64,000 nt of DNA from a virus (IMGVR_UViG_3300028792_000005:2897-66896), one strand, 5' to 3'. Numbered from the stretch's first letter, positions 16,226-24,441 are shown. A program made the numbers and translations. The notes: a model not told the origin generated them from the letters alone.

Positions 16226-16443
16226 GCCGAGAGATGCCCTTCGACCCAGGAACCTGGGAGTGCCACATCTGCAAGGAGGAGCGTCCCGACGCCAGGATCT
16301 CCGTGCACCGCAAGCCGTTGATGGGATCGAACGGCGTGCCTTCACGTGTGATCAGCGAGAACGTGCGCTACTGCAACGACAAGCCGTCGTGCGCCACAGC
16401 CGCACGGTCCTTCTCGTTTGTTAGGAACTGGGGAAATCCGTGA
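16222..16443 (+). CDS. Small Cys4 protein, 73 aa
   Basis: GAGGAG SD; CHIC..YC..C. Confidence 0.68.
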   Translation: MSREMPFDPGTWECHICKEERPDARISVHRKPLMGSNGVPSRVISENVRYCNDKPSCATAARSFSFVRNWGNP

Positions 16444-16697
16444 CTCCTCTGCACATCAGTTTGGACGCCGAGCAGAATCCGCTGGGCCTGGATGTGGATA
16501 AGTTGCACGGCCAAGGAATGCTCACTGATATCGGATTGCTGCGTCACGGCACCACAGGTGGTCAGGCGAGTATCGGCATGGTCGTGACACTCAAGGACGG
16601 CACACAGGTGCTGGCCGAGACAACCTGGAAACTCTTCAAGACCGCGTACATGGCGCTGTCAGCCTCACCTATTGTGGCCGAGGAAGTGTGGGACTGA
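16440..16697 (+). CDS. Hypothetical protein, 85 aa; ends IVAEEVWD
   Basis: GTGA overlap. Confidence 0.7.
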   Translation: MTPLHISLDAEQNPLGLDVDKLHGQGMLTDIGLLRHGTTGGQASIGMVVTLKDGTQVLAETTWKLFKTAYMALSASPIVAEEVWD

Positions 16698-16867
16698 TGG
16701 AGACCGAACCGCTCGATGCGTGGCTGTCTCTCGGCTCAGCGTCCAGGGATGTCGGTGATCAGTTCGAGAAGATGGCTGACATGGCGAAGAAGGTCGCTGC
16801 ACTCCAGCACGAACTGAACGTCATTACCAGGATGAACGAGTACGTCATCGAGGAAATGGAACCTTGA
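16697..16867 (+). CDS. Small coiled-coil protein, 56 aa; tag YVIEEM
   Basis: TGATG overlap; METEPLDAWLS...NEYVIEEMEP. Confidence 0.62.
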   Translation: METEPLDAWLSLGSASRDVGDQFEKMADMAKKVAALQHELNVITRMNEYVIEEMEP

Positions 16868-17097
16868 TGCTCCAAGTCATCGGGCTGACGCTGGCTCCTG
16901 TCATGACCATCATGGCGTTCGTTGTCGGCGTGAAAATGGAAGCCGGTCGACAGTGGCGCACCATTACCCGACTGCAAGCAGAAAACATGGACCTGGAAGA
17001 TCGGCTTCGTGAGGCGAAGTGGGTCATCAGTGCGTACGAGGATGCGGTGAAGCAGAACCCGTATCACGAGACGTACATCATCGAGGAGGTCGCGTGA
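16867..17097 (+). CDS. TM + coiled-coil protein, 76 aa; tag YIIEE
   Basis: TGATG overlap. Confidence 0.68.
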   Translation: MLQVIGLTLAPVMTIMAFVVGVKMEAGRQWRTITRLQAENMDLEDRLREAKWVISAYEDAVKQNPYHETYIIEEVA

Positions 17098-17312
17098 TCC
17101 GCGACTACTCATCGTTGCGAAATGCTGCTGCTCGTTCAGACAGGCGTCTCAAAGTAGGAAAAGACGTGGAACTGCGTGCTGAGATGGCAGCGGAGAAGCG
17201 CACCGAACGTGCGCGTCGTGCATATGAACGGCGGGTAAGACAGGAAGAGGAGGACCGGAATCGGTACATCATTCCGGAGTTCCAGGACCTGGAAGAGCAA
17301 CTGACCGGTTAG
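17094..17312 (+). CDS. Arg-rich helical protein, 72 aa; tag YIIPE
   Basis: GAGGAGG SD + GTG 17094. Confidence 0.65.
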   Translation: MIRDYSSLRNAAARSDRRLKVGKDVELRAEMAAEKRTERARRAYERRVRQEEEDRNRYIIPEFQDLEEQLTG

Positions 17313-17335
17313 TCCCTCTACGCAAGGAGAACATC

Positions 17336-17530
17336 ATGGCTGACGAGACACCCAAGGTCGCTTACGTCGATGAGGACGGCAAGACCAAGGAGCGCAAGGC
17401 TGAGACCGGCAAGGACGACGCCCCTGAGGCTCCCAAGCCCCTCGGCACCGACCCGGCTGCACTCGGTGCAGACGGCAAGGAGGAGTACATGACGCAGAAG
17501 GACGCTGAGAAGGCCGACAGCGGCAAGTAG
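17336..17530 (+). CDS. Charged low-complexity protein, 64 aa
   Basis: AAGGAG SD; AAG/GAG/GCT-rich codons resembling the capsid genes. Confidence 0.75.
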   Translation: MADETPKVAYVDEDGKTKERKAETGKDDAPEAPKPLGTDPAALGADGKEEYMTQKDAEKADSGK

Positions 17531-17542
17531 TTCCAGCACAGT

Positions 17543-17578
17543 AAGAGGCCCCGAGTCACGAATGGCTCGGGGCCTCTT
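17543..17578. terminator. Strong hairpin, likely bidirectional terminator
   Basis: AAGAGGCCCCGAGTCA-CGAA-TGGCTCGGGGCCTCTT between convergent genes. Confidence 0.8.
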
Positions 17579-17660
17579 GCCGTCTTGGGGGTCGGGTGGC
17601 GGTCCCGGTGGTGCCCAGACGGGTGCGGCTGGTGCTCACACTTTCGAGGGGCAGCGTCCT

Positions 17661-17879
17661 CTACTCGTGGAACAGGTCTCCAGCGCGCTGGGCGTTGCCT
17701 TCGGTGGTGTAGTGGTGGTCGTTGGGCGTACGCGTGATCGTCTCGCTCTGCATAGACGCCATGTTGAACACGGTCTTAGTGACCGGCCCAGGGGTCGCTG
17801 CGGTGAGCGGGTCTACTGCTGGAACGATGGTGCCGCTGTACGGAAGCCCGTACACCGTGTCTCCGTTGCCGCTTGCCAT
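17661..17879 (-). CDS. Isolated reverse-strand protein, 72 aa
   Basis: GGAGG SD 6 nt before ATG 17879 (MASGNGDTVYGLPYSG...). Confidence 0.6.
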   Translation of the reverse strand: MASGNGDTVYGLPYSGTIVPAVDPLTAATPGPVTKTVFNMASMQSETITRTPNDHHYTTEGNAQRAGDLFHE

Positions 17880-17945
17880 GTGAATCCTCCGATGTCGGGT
17901 GTGTATGTGATGTCGTCTTGTTCGGATTCCCGATAGACTCCTGCT

Positions 17946-18257
17946 ATGTCTCGGGTCGACATCTGCTACGACGATCTGAGCGGCATCTACCTGGACAACA
18001 AATGGATGCCCGTTACTTCCATCGACGTGAACCGCTTCGACCATCCCGGCGAGAAGGTCTTCGTTCTAGGCAGCGCCACACCTGTTCACATCGAGCCCGA
18101 CCGTGTTGAGTGGACCGTGCGAGTGGAGTTGGACAACGGCAACCGTGGGCCGACGCTGGACATGACTATCAACGACCCGCAGATGTTCTTCTGGCCTAAG
18201 CGCGCCGACTACGTGGCCGACCAAGAGATGTACGTCATCCAGGAAATGACGCCATGA
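17946..18257 (+). CDS. Beta-rich hypothetical protein, 103 aa; tag YVIQEM
   Basis: Coupled to next gene. Confidence 0.68.
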   Translation: MSRVDICYDDLSGIYLDNKWMPVTSIDVNRFDHPGEKVFVLGSATPVHIEPDRVEWTVRVELDNGNRGPTLDMTINDPQMFFWPKRADYVADQEMYVIQEMTP

Positions 18258-18595
18258 AGCCGCGTCAGATGTCCTGGGCTGGCTACTGGCAAGAAGACCA
18301 GATGTACGTGCAGGGCGATGTCGTCATCATGAACGGACAGGTGTTCATCCTCCGGTCTGGTGAGTCCCAGAAGATGCCGACGATGCATGACGGATATGAC
18401 TGGGTGTACATCGGTGCGCACGAGCCGCACAAGATCGACCACCACTGGATGCCGGAACTTGCGTCGTATCCACTGCCTGACGGATCGCTGCTCAGTGAGC
18501 CAACACCACTGTGCCGGGAGTGCTGGTACACCAACAACTACGTGCTGGCGTTCAAGGCTGACGCACACCACTACGTTATCCAGGAAATGCCATGA
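18254..18595 (+). CDS. CBM5/12-like carbohydrate-binding module protein; tag YVIQEM
   Basis: W..YWQEDQMYVQGDVVIMNGQVF...P......DWVYIG. Confidence 0.62.
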   Translation: MKPRQMSWAGYWQEDQMYVQGDVVIMNGQVFILRSGESQKMPTMHDGYDWVYIGAHEPHKIDHHWMPELASYPLPDGSLLSEPTPLCRECWYTNNYVLAFKADAHHYVIQEMP

Positions 18596-19050
18596 CCCAT
18601 GCTTCTAGTGGTCAGTCAGTGCCGATGATGAGTGGCGGCATCATCGTCCCTTGGGATGAGTCGCAGAAGATCGAGAACACCACATGGTCGGTGCGGGTCG
18701 GGGACGTTCCTCCGTCAGAGATCCTGGCCTTCGAGATCTGTTACGACTACGGCATCAAGGAGCACGTGACATGGGCTGAGGAGCACTGGTTCCCGGTCAA
18801 CGGCAAGGCTCAGCGCATCACGGGCGCATCCATCGTTGCGAGCAGCACGAACGGCGGTCCTTGCCATTTTCGCGGCGTGTTGGAGCCTGGTGTGGCCTTC
18901 CGTGTGCGTATTGTTGAGTCCAGCGGGATGGATATCCCTGTACACGTGCAATGCGGTAAGGCTTCTTATGTAGGCGTTATTTCGACTTTAATGCCCGTTA
19001 CCTATCTAATAGATGAGGAAATGGGCTTGGAAGACCTGTTTAACCCCTAG
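18592..19050 (+). CDS. Hypothetical beta-rich protein, 152 aa; tag YLIDEE
   Basis: ATGA overlap. Confidence 0.68.
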   Translation: MTHASSGQSVPMMSGGIIVPWDESQKIENTTWSVRVGDVPPSEILAFEICYDYGIKEHVTWAEEHWFPVNGKAQRITGASIVASSTNGGPCHFRGVLEPGVAFRVRIVESSGMDIPVHVQCGKASYVGVISTLMPVTYLIDEEMGLEDLFNP

Positions 19051-19176
19051 TAAAGATCACTTAGGACAGGTACTTCCTAGAAGGCTCATCTGTGGCTATG
19101 CTGCCCTCATCGGTCGGGTTCCCGAATAGGGCCTCGCAGCCATCACTGTTCCTACGAGCAGTCGGGAGGCTGCCGC

Positions 19177-19596
19177 ATGTCCGTTGTTGCGAAGTTCTAC
19201 GTTACTAACGTCGAGCGCCCTGAGGGTTCTTCGACCGCAAGCAAGATCGACCTCCAGCCTGTGTGCCGGGGCATCGAAAACGCTGGTTGGGCCAGCGCTA
19301 CTCCGGGTGGAAGCATCACTCTGTGGTCGCTGAACGATAACGCCACCGACTACTTCGAGCGTGGTCAGGAGTACGAGATCCACTTCCTCCAGGTAGCGAA
19401 GCCCACTCCTGGTGACGGTCACAGTGTTCGCGCCATCAAGACCAAGTACGGCTCGTACATCTGTGCGACGTGTGGCGGCTCGCCCAACTTCAAGAACGAC
19501 GCACGTTGGGACACCGCCACGCTGGATGACCTTGACTGGACCAAGCACACTGAGATCTACTCAGCGCCTTCACCTGACGCGTCTACGGACGCCTAG
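19177..19596 (+). CDS. Phage hypothetical protein, 139 aa
   Basis: GGAGG SD; VVAKFYV..LQPV..EN..WASATPGGSITL..N.NA..YF..GQEY pattern recalled from phage hypotheticals. Confidence 0.78.
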   Translation: MSVVAKFYVTNVERPEGSSTASKIDLQPVCRGIENAGWASATPGGSITLWSLNDNATDYFERGQEYEIHFLQVAKPTPGDGHSVRAIKTKYGSYICATCGGSPNFKNDARWDTATLDDLDWTKHTEIYSAPSPDASTDA

Positions 19597-19623
19597 TCGT
19601 GCGGCCACGTAACGGCCTGACAC

Positions 19624-19929
19624 ATGACAGAGCCCATCCACATCCGAAAGATCGACTTCTCGGAGTTCCACCCGCTGTTCCACAACATCTTCGAATGCAG
19701 TGGATTTCCTGGCGGTCGGAAGCGCCATCTCCAGTACCGCTGGGAGTTCCAGGTCCGCGAAGCCATCACGGGTCGTCTGTTTCGACCTCTGTGCTGGATG
19801 GGTCGGCATGAACTACGTACGTGGTCACGGACAGTCGGTCCCAATCACACTGGTCCCGTTGACTCATGGCGCGTTTGTAATCGCTGTGGGTTTCGTCCCA
19901 CGCCATCCATGTCCGTAGGCCAACCGTAA
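19624..19929 (+). CDS. Hypothetical protein, 101 aa
   Basis: C..GRH..CNRCG motif. Confidence 0.55.
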   Translation: MTEPIHIRKIDFSEFHPLFHNIFECSGFPGGRKRHLQYRWEFQVREAITGRLFRPLCWMGRHELRTWSRTVGPNHTGPVDSWRVCNRCGFRPTPSMSVGQP

Positions 19930-20010
19930 AGAGCCAACCCGGTATCCCGAGCGGCCAGAGGACGATGTTCAGCAAGAACACACCGTTCACATCGGCAGAA
20001 AGGCAGTGGA

Positions 20011-20175
20011 ATGGCAGACGAGAAGAAGGACACGACCATCGTGGAGACTCCGAAGGCTCCTGAGCCTCCGAAGGAAGAGACGGTCAAGGCTCAGGCTGCG
20101 GAGGCCAGCGAGGCGCTGGAGAAGCCGAAGCAGGTTCAGTCAAAGGGTCGCGGCGTGGGTCTGCACAACCGTTAG
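20011..20175 (+). CDS. Charged low-complexity protein, 54 aa
   Basis: AAAGG SD; MADEKKDTTIVETPKAPEPPKEE... Confidence 0.62.
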   Translation: MADEKKDTTIVETPKAPEPPKEETVKAQAAEASEALEKPKQVQSKGRGVGLHNR

Positions 20176-20188
20176 TTTTCGCCGTACG

Positions 20189-20223
20189 CTGGGCGGTGCC
20201 TCCTTGACCGGGGCACCGCCCAG
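20189..20223 (+). terminator. 12-bp hairpin (terminator/stabiliser)
   Basis: CTGGGCGGTGCC / GGCACCGCCCAG. Confidence 0.6.
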
Positions 20224-20239
20224 TTGCGTTGGAGGCAAC

Positions 20240-20650
20240 ATGGCTATCGGAGAAGGCTCCAGCCCGCAGTACATCTACACGGCGAGCAACAACACCAACA
20301 CAGCCACTATCGGCTCGCTGTACCTGAACTCCACGTCGAATCAGATGTACGTCGGTAATGGCACTCAGTGGCAACCCCTGACGACCTACACGACAACGGC
20401 TGCCACCACCTTCACCTGGAACGGTGATCCCAACGTGGCTCTGACAGGGAGCCGGATCTTCCAGTCGATGGAAGAGCGTGTTGAGTACCAGCAGCAGGCG
20501 TACCAGGAGCCTCGGGATCACGCGTACAACCCTGACTCATTCGGCACGTGCAGCGACTGCAAGCCACACAACCTGCACCGTCACAGCGCCGACAAGCACC
20601 TCTTCATCATTGACGAAGAAATCCCGTGGTCTGATCGCCTGGCTAGTTAG
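20240..20650 (+). CDS. Protein with tail-fibre-like segment, 136 aa; tag FIIDEE
   Basis: GGAGG SD + ATG 20240; GSLYLNSTSNQMYVGNGTQWQPL. Confidence 0.68.
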   Translation: MAIGEGSSPQYIYTASNNTNTATIGSLYLNSTSNQMYVGNGTQWQPLTTYTTTAATTFTWNGDPNVALTGSRIFQSMEERVEYQQQAYQEPRDHAYNPDSFGTCSDCKPHNLHRHSADKHLFIIDEEIPWSDRLAS

Positions 20651-20658
20651 CCGATGAC

Positions 20659-20847
20659 ATGAACGTGAGCCGGACGGAGACCATCCAAGAACGTCGGATG
20701 GCCATGGCTGCGAAGTTGGGCACTGCCCGTGCAGACCACTCATGGCGCGAGAAGGATGACGGTTCTTGCGGTCGCTGCCAGGTTCTCTCACCGTTCCGCT
20801 GGGATCGGGTCGCCCACCCTTACGTCATCGAGGAGGAGCCATTTTGA
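20659..20847 (+). CDS. Small protein, 62 aa; tag YVIEEEPF
   Basis: H..CGRC..H. Confidence 0.62.
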   Translation: MNVSRTETIQERRMAMAAKLGTARADHSWREKDDGSCGRCQVLSPFRWDRVAHPYVIEEEPF

Positions 20848-20903
20848 GCAACGGCTATCAACGGAGTCCTGTCCTCCCGACATAGGGGGTGGTCCGATCT
20901 CGG

Positions 20904-20934
20904 CGGGGGCCAGTCGCTCTCGTGCTGGCCCCCG
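20904..20934. terminator. Hairpin between convergent genes
   Basis: CGGGGGCCAG / CTGGCCCCCG. Confidence 0.65.
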
Positions 20935-20940
20935 TTCGGA

Positions 20941-21444
20941 CTACTGCTTCGCGTACTTCTTGTACGCCGCGTACCAGTCAGTCGCCATCTCTCGCTGAGC
21001 CTGCTTGAGAGTCTCCTGTCCCGAGCAGACGCGCCGGTGCATGACGTTCTCCAGGACATCCTTCTCGTGAAATCCTGGCTTGGGTGACGCCGCCTCCAGC
21101 CACAGGTTCTTGATGTCGTTCGAACCACCGATAGTCAGCGGGATGATGTGATCGACCTCGTACATCCCAGCAGGCTGCGGGTAGGTGACGTGGTACTCGG
21201 CGTACACCGCTTTCTTGCTTGCCTCACTGACGTTGCGGCGCGCCGCTGTGGACTGCGTGCAAACCACGTGCAGAGTGACCGAAGAGTCAGCGAGACCTGG
21301 ACTGATAGTGCGGTCTGGCTCCATGCCAGCGTGGATCTGAGAAGAGGCATCATGGGAACTCGTCTGACCCGTAACGGCAGCAACGCCGCCAGCCAGAACG
21401 AGCGCACCCACGGCAGCGACGATGTGATGACGACGGACGGTCAC
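20941..21444 (-). CDS. Secreted HNH-family nuclease-like protein, 167 aa
   Basis: Signal-peptide-like N-terminus; YEVDHIIPLTIGGSNDIKNLWLE. Confidence 0.78.
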   Translation of the reverse strand: MTVRRHHIVAAVGALVLAGGVAAVTGQTSSHDASSQIHAGMEPDRTISPGLADSSVTLHVVCTQSTAARRNVSEASKKAVYAEYHVTYPQPAGMYEVDHIIPLTIGGSNDIKNLWLEAASPKPGFHEKDVLENVMHRRVCSGQETLKQAQREMATDWYAAYKKYAKQ

Positions 21445-21621
21445 GAGGACTCCTCAAGGTTGCAGCGTGTCCTCGCCTTTCATCGGCCTCGCTACACCCA
21501 GGACCAATCGGGCAAGGTCGACTCAGAACGCCTGCCGATTTGTACCGGTTGTGAGGTGAACTTCTGGCCGTGTCCTACGGTGAAGTTGGGCAACGGTACG
21601 TGGGAGTCAGTCCCAGTCTGA
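21427..21621 (+). CDS. Small Zn-binding phage protein, about 64 aa (start uncertain)
   Basis: VLAFHRP...CTGC..FWPCPTVK. Confidence 0.58.
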   Translation: MTTDGHEDSSRLQRVLAFHRPRYTQDQSGKVDSERLPICTGCEVNFWPCPTVKLGNGTWESVPV

Positions 21622-21656
21622 ACTGATCCGATCCTCTGACAACAGAGGGAGGTCGG

Positions 21657-21950
21657 ATGACGCATCGAGTCAAGATCATTCGGACTGGTCGTGTGGTCAC
21701 CACCGTCGACATTGACGACTACGACATCGCGTGTGAATGGGCGTACGACTCGATGCGGTTGAACCGAGCCCTCGACGGTGACGGGCGATGGGCTGCCACT
21801 CTCGAATCTGGACGGCTGTTCGTAGACCCGTGGGGCAACGGCAAGTCCTTCTTCTTCGCTGACGGAGACCGCAAGGAAGGGCTCGTCCTGGACAAGGCGA
21901 TGCTGCACGATCCAAAGATCAACATGCAGGATCTGTTTGGGCTCTCGTGA
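21657..21950 (+). CDS. Hypothetical protein, 97 aa
   Basis: GGGAGG SD. Confidence 0.7.
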   Translation: MTHRVKIIRTGRVVTTVDIDDYDIACEWAYDSMRLNRALDGDGRWAATLESGRLFVDPWGNGKSFFFADGDRKEGLVLDKAMLHDPKINMQDLFGLS

Positions 21951-22123
21951 TGGACACCGGCCAGTGGGTTGCGATGTGGGTCTGGCTGGCGTTCACTGGA
22001 ATGTTCACGGCTCTGTTCGTGATGGGCATGATGCGCACGACGCGCAAGAAGTGGCCAGATCGACCCATCCTCTCTGATGAGGAGCGTGCACAGTGGGAGC
22101 AGATCGAACGGCACTGGCAATGA
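21950..22123 (+). CDS. Small single-TM protein, 57 aa
   Basis: Coupled overlaps at both ends; WVAMWVWLAFTGMFTALFVMGMM. Confidence 0.62.
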   Translation: MDTGQWVAMWVWLAFTGMFTALFVMGMMRTTRKKWPDRPILSDEERAQWEQIERHWQ

Positions 22124-22344
22124 AGTACCAGCCCGGTGACCAGGTGCTGGTGTGGCACACGACGGCATCACCGTTGGAGGAGCCGAAGCGCTGCATGATC
22201 CTGCGAGCGGCCCAGCGATCACGGTTGTACGCCTACGAGGTGACCTGGGGCTCGTTCGGAGATCAGTTCATCCGCGTGAAAGAGGACTGGATCAGTCCCG
22301 CAGAGACCCAAATCGAAGAAGTGCCCGACACGCCCTTCGATTAG
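22120..22344 (+). CDS. SH3/KOW-like small protein, 74 aa; ends QIEEVPDTPFD
   Basis: MKYQPGDQVLV... pattern; ATGA overlap. Confidence 0.65.
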   Translation: MKYQPGDQVLVWHTTASPLEEPKRCMILRAAQRSRLYAYEVTWGSFGDQFIRVKEDWISPAETQIEEVPDTPFD

Positions 22345-22380
22345 CGGCTCACGAAAAGAGCCACATGTCAGAATCCGTGC

Positions 22381-22962
22381 ATGCTTCTCCATGATGCCGG
22401 TCTCGTTGAGGCGATGTCCTCCGGTGCAATCCATGTGTCTCCCTACGATGAACGTAGGTTGCAGCCCTCCAGCATCGACCTAACCCTCGACTCGAAGTTC
22501 AGGGTTCTCGCCAACAAACTGCACCACGTCGACGTGATCGACCTCAAGGACGACAACACAGAGTTGATGGAACTGGTCGAGGTGGGTCCTGACGACTACC
22601 TCGACCTCTACCCCCGCGACTTCGCTCTGGCGAGCACGGCTGAGTCGGTGTCACTCAACAATCAGCACGCTGCTCGCGTAGAAGGCAAATCGAGCCTGGC
22701 GCGTCTGGGTCTGGCTGTGCACATCACCGCAGGCTTCATCGACCCCGGCTTCTATGGTCAGGTCACGCTCGAACTAGCCAACATGACCTGTCTGCCGATC
22801 CGGCTGTACCCAGGGATGCCCATCGCGCAGATCGCTGTCTTTCAGATGGCGGGACCGTGTACGCACCCGTACGGTACGGCTGGCACGACGGGCAAGTACG
22901 CAGGCCAGGCAGGTCCTACAGCGTCCCGATTCCACCTCAACTTCACCCAATGTGAGCCATAG
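22381..22962 (+). CDS. dcd: dCTP deaminase
   Basis: LQPSSIDLTL, EGKSSLARLGL.VH.TAGFIDPGF.GQVTLELAN, Y.GQ.GPT.S. Confidence 0.93.
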   Translation: MLLHDAGLVEAMSSGAIHVSPYDERRLQPSSIDLTLDSKFRVLANKLHHVDVIDLKDDNTELMELVEVGPDDYLDLYPRDFALASTAESVSLNNQHAARVEGKSSLARLGLAVHITAGFIDPGFYGQVTLELANMTCLPIRLYPGMPIAQIAVFQMAGPCTHPYGTAGTTGKYAGQAGPTASRFHLNFTQCEP

Positions 22963-23121
22963 GTCACGCTTGTACTGCTAGACGGTGCCCAAATGTTCGG
23001 TTACCGTCTCCATCAGGTTGTCCATGATCCCGATACTCCTATTAGTCGGTTCCCACTCAGACAGCCGTCTGTTTTCAACCAGCACCACAGGGAATCAACA
23101 AAGTGCCAGGGGAGGCACTAA

Positions 23122-23547
23122 ATGATGCCAGTGCAAGACCTGCGAGGCCCACACGCCGACGAGGCGTGCCACCTCCTCGGTAAGGCAATGTCATTGTCAT
23201 TCGCTCAGGCGCAGCAAATCAGCGACCTGTACGAGTCGGATAATCACCCGTCCTACGCGGATCACTGCCGCGAGGTCTGGAACGCTCTGGAGAACACAGG
23301 ACGTGTTCTTCCTCTTGGCTGGTTCGAGGCCATCTTCGCTGACTGTGCCTGGGTAGAGGGTACGAAGGCGCTTCACGCCATCGCTGATGCGGTCATGGCA
23401 ACCCTTGTACGCCAGGAAATCTCGCGTACCGCGTACAACAACCTGACACTCCCTTTTGTTGTGGGGCGGGTCCAGATCGTCGACGACGCCGACAAGGCAA
23501 AGGTCGATCTCAACAACGCGTTTCTGGCAGTGACATCCCTGGCGTGA
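23122..23547 (+). CDS. Hypothetical protein, 141 aa
   Basis: GGGAGG SD. Confidence 0.7.
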   Translation: MMPVQDLRGPHADEACHLLGKAMSLSFAQAQQISDLYESDNHPSYADHCREVWNALENTGRVLPLGWFEAIFADCAWVEGTKALHAIADAVMATLVRQEISRTAYNNLTLPFVVGRVQIVDDADKAKVDLNNAFLAVTSLA

Positions 23548-23622
23548 CACGCCGCTGATGTGTTCAACGGTCCTTTGGCCGGGTGCAAGGATGAGGGAAA
23601 ACACCCAAGGGCTAGAGGTCCA

Positions 23623-23889
23623 ATGGTTGACATCAACGATGCTGCGCGTCTGCTGAGTGAACACGCAGCACAACTACTGCTTGCAGAAGAACCAGGTATC
23701 CAGACATTCGTCTGCGAGACCGTTGCATGCTGCGTGAACTATTGGGAGGCGACTGGTGTCATCCTCGACCCCATTACTAGAGAGGCAGTGCTCGACTCCC
23801 TTGTCGTCGTCCACATTGCTACAGCCAAAAGCGTCTCGGACCTCCTACGCACGGCCTACCAGGACACGAATGCAACTAGCGATGGCTGA
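23623..23889 (+). CDS. Hypothetical protein, 88 aa
   Basis: AGAGG SD + ATG 23623. Confidence 0.62.
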   Translation: MVDINDAARLLSEHAAQLLLAEEPGIQTFVCETVACCVNYWEATGVILDPITREAVLDSLVVVHIATAKSVSDLLRTAYQDTNATSDG

Positions 23890-24130
23890 CCTACGAACAC
23901 GTCACGCGAAGGTTGCTCAAGAGTTCATGGCAGCCAAGGGATATCCACAGATCCGACCACTTGGCATGGCCTCCGTGGAGGACGATGAGTGCTGGTACTT
24001 CTACTACTTGCTGCCAGAAGGACTTCTTGAACTAGAGGTCTATCAAGAACCAGACGGTCGTCGGTACCACCGGAAAGTGACTGCATTCGTCACTGACCGC
24101 AACGCTGTGCGCGATCTGCTCGCTTCCTGA
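23882..24130 (+). CDS. Hypothetical protein, 82 aa
   Basis: ATG 23882 overlapping upstream gene. Confidence 0.62.
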   Translation: MADLRTRHAKVAQEFMAAKGYPQIRPLGMASVEDDECWYFYYLLPEGLLELEVYQEPDGRRYHRKVTAFVTDRNAVRDLLAS

Positions 24131-24142
24131 ACCGATAGTTGG

Positions 24143-24158
24143 GGTGTTGGCCAACACC
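24143..24158. promoter_or_regulatory. Perfect 16-bp palindrome, candidate operator
   Basis: GGTGTTGGCCAACACC in intergenic DNA. Confidence 0.4.
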
Positions 24159-24186
24159 TCTGCTAGCAGGAAGAAAGGAGATAGCC

Positions 24187-24369
24187 ATGGCTGTCGTTGC
24201 CTACCAGGGTCACGTCACGTACGGCGCGTTCAAGGTTGCCGCAAGCAACCCTGAGAACGTCGCACCTGCGGACTCACCGACGTACGACTACACCGCGTAC
24301 GCCAACCAGCCGGGTGCCGCCGCTCGCGCGAACGGTTACCCGCGTTTGGACGGTCGTCCGGGACGCTAG
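24187..24369 (+). CDS. Small hypothetical protein, 60 aa
   Basis: AAAGGAG SD + ATG 24187. Confidence 0.7.
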   Translation: MAVVAYQGHVTYGAFKVAASNPENVAPADSPTYDYTAYANQPGAAARANGYPRLDGRPGR

Positions 24370-24382
24370 TCGCGTCACGTCT

Positions 24383-24424
24383 ACGGGGTGGTGTGGGGGT
24401 TCGTCCTCTGCACCGCCCCGTTTT
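24383..24424 (+). terminator. Intrinsic terminator
   Basis: GC-rich stem (ACGGGGTGGTG.../...CACCGCCCCGT) followed by T-tract. Confidence 0.65.
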
Positions 24425-24441
24425 CGTGTTGAGGAGTTGAT

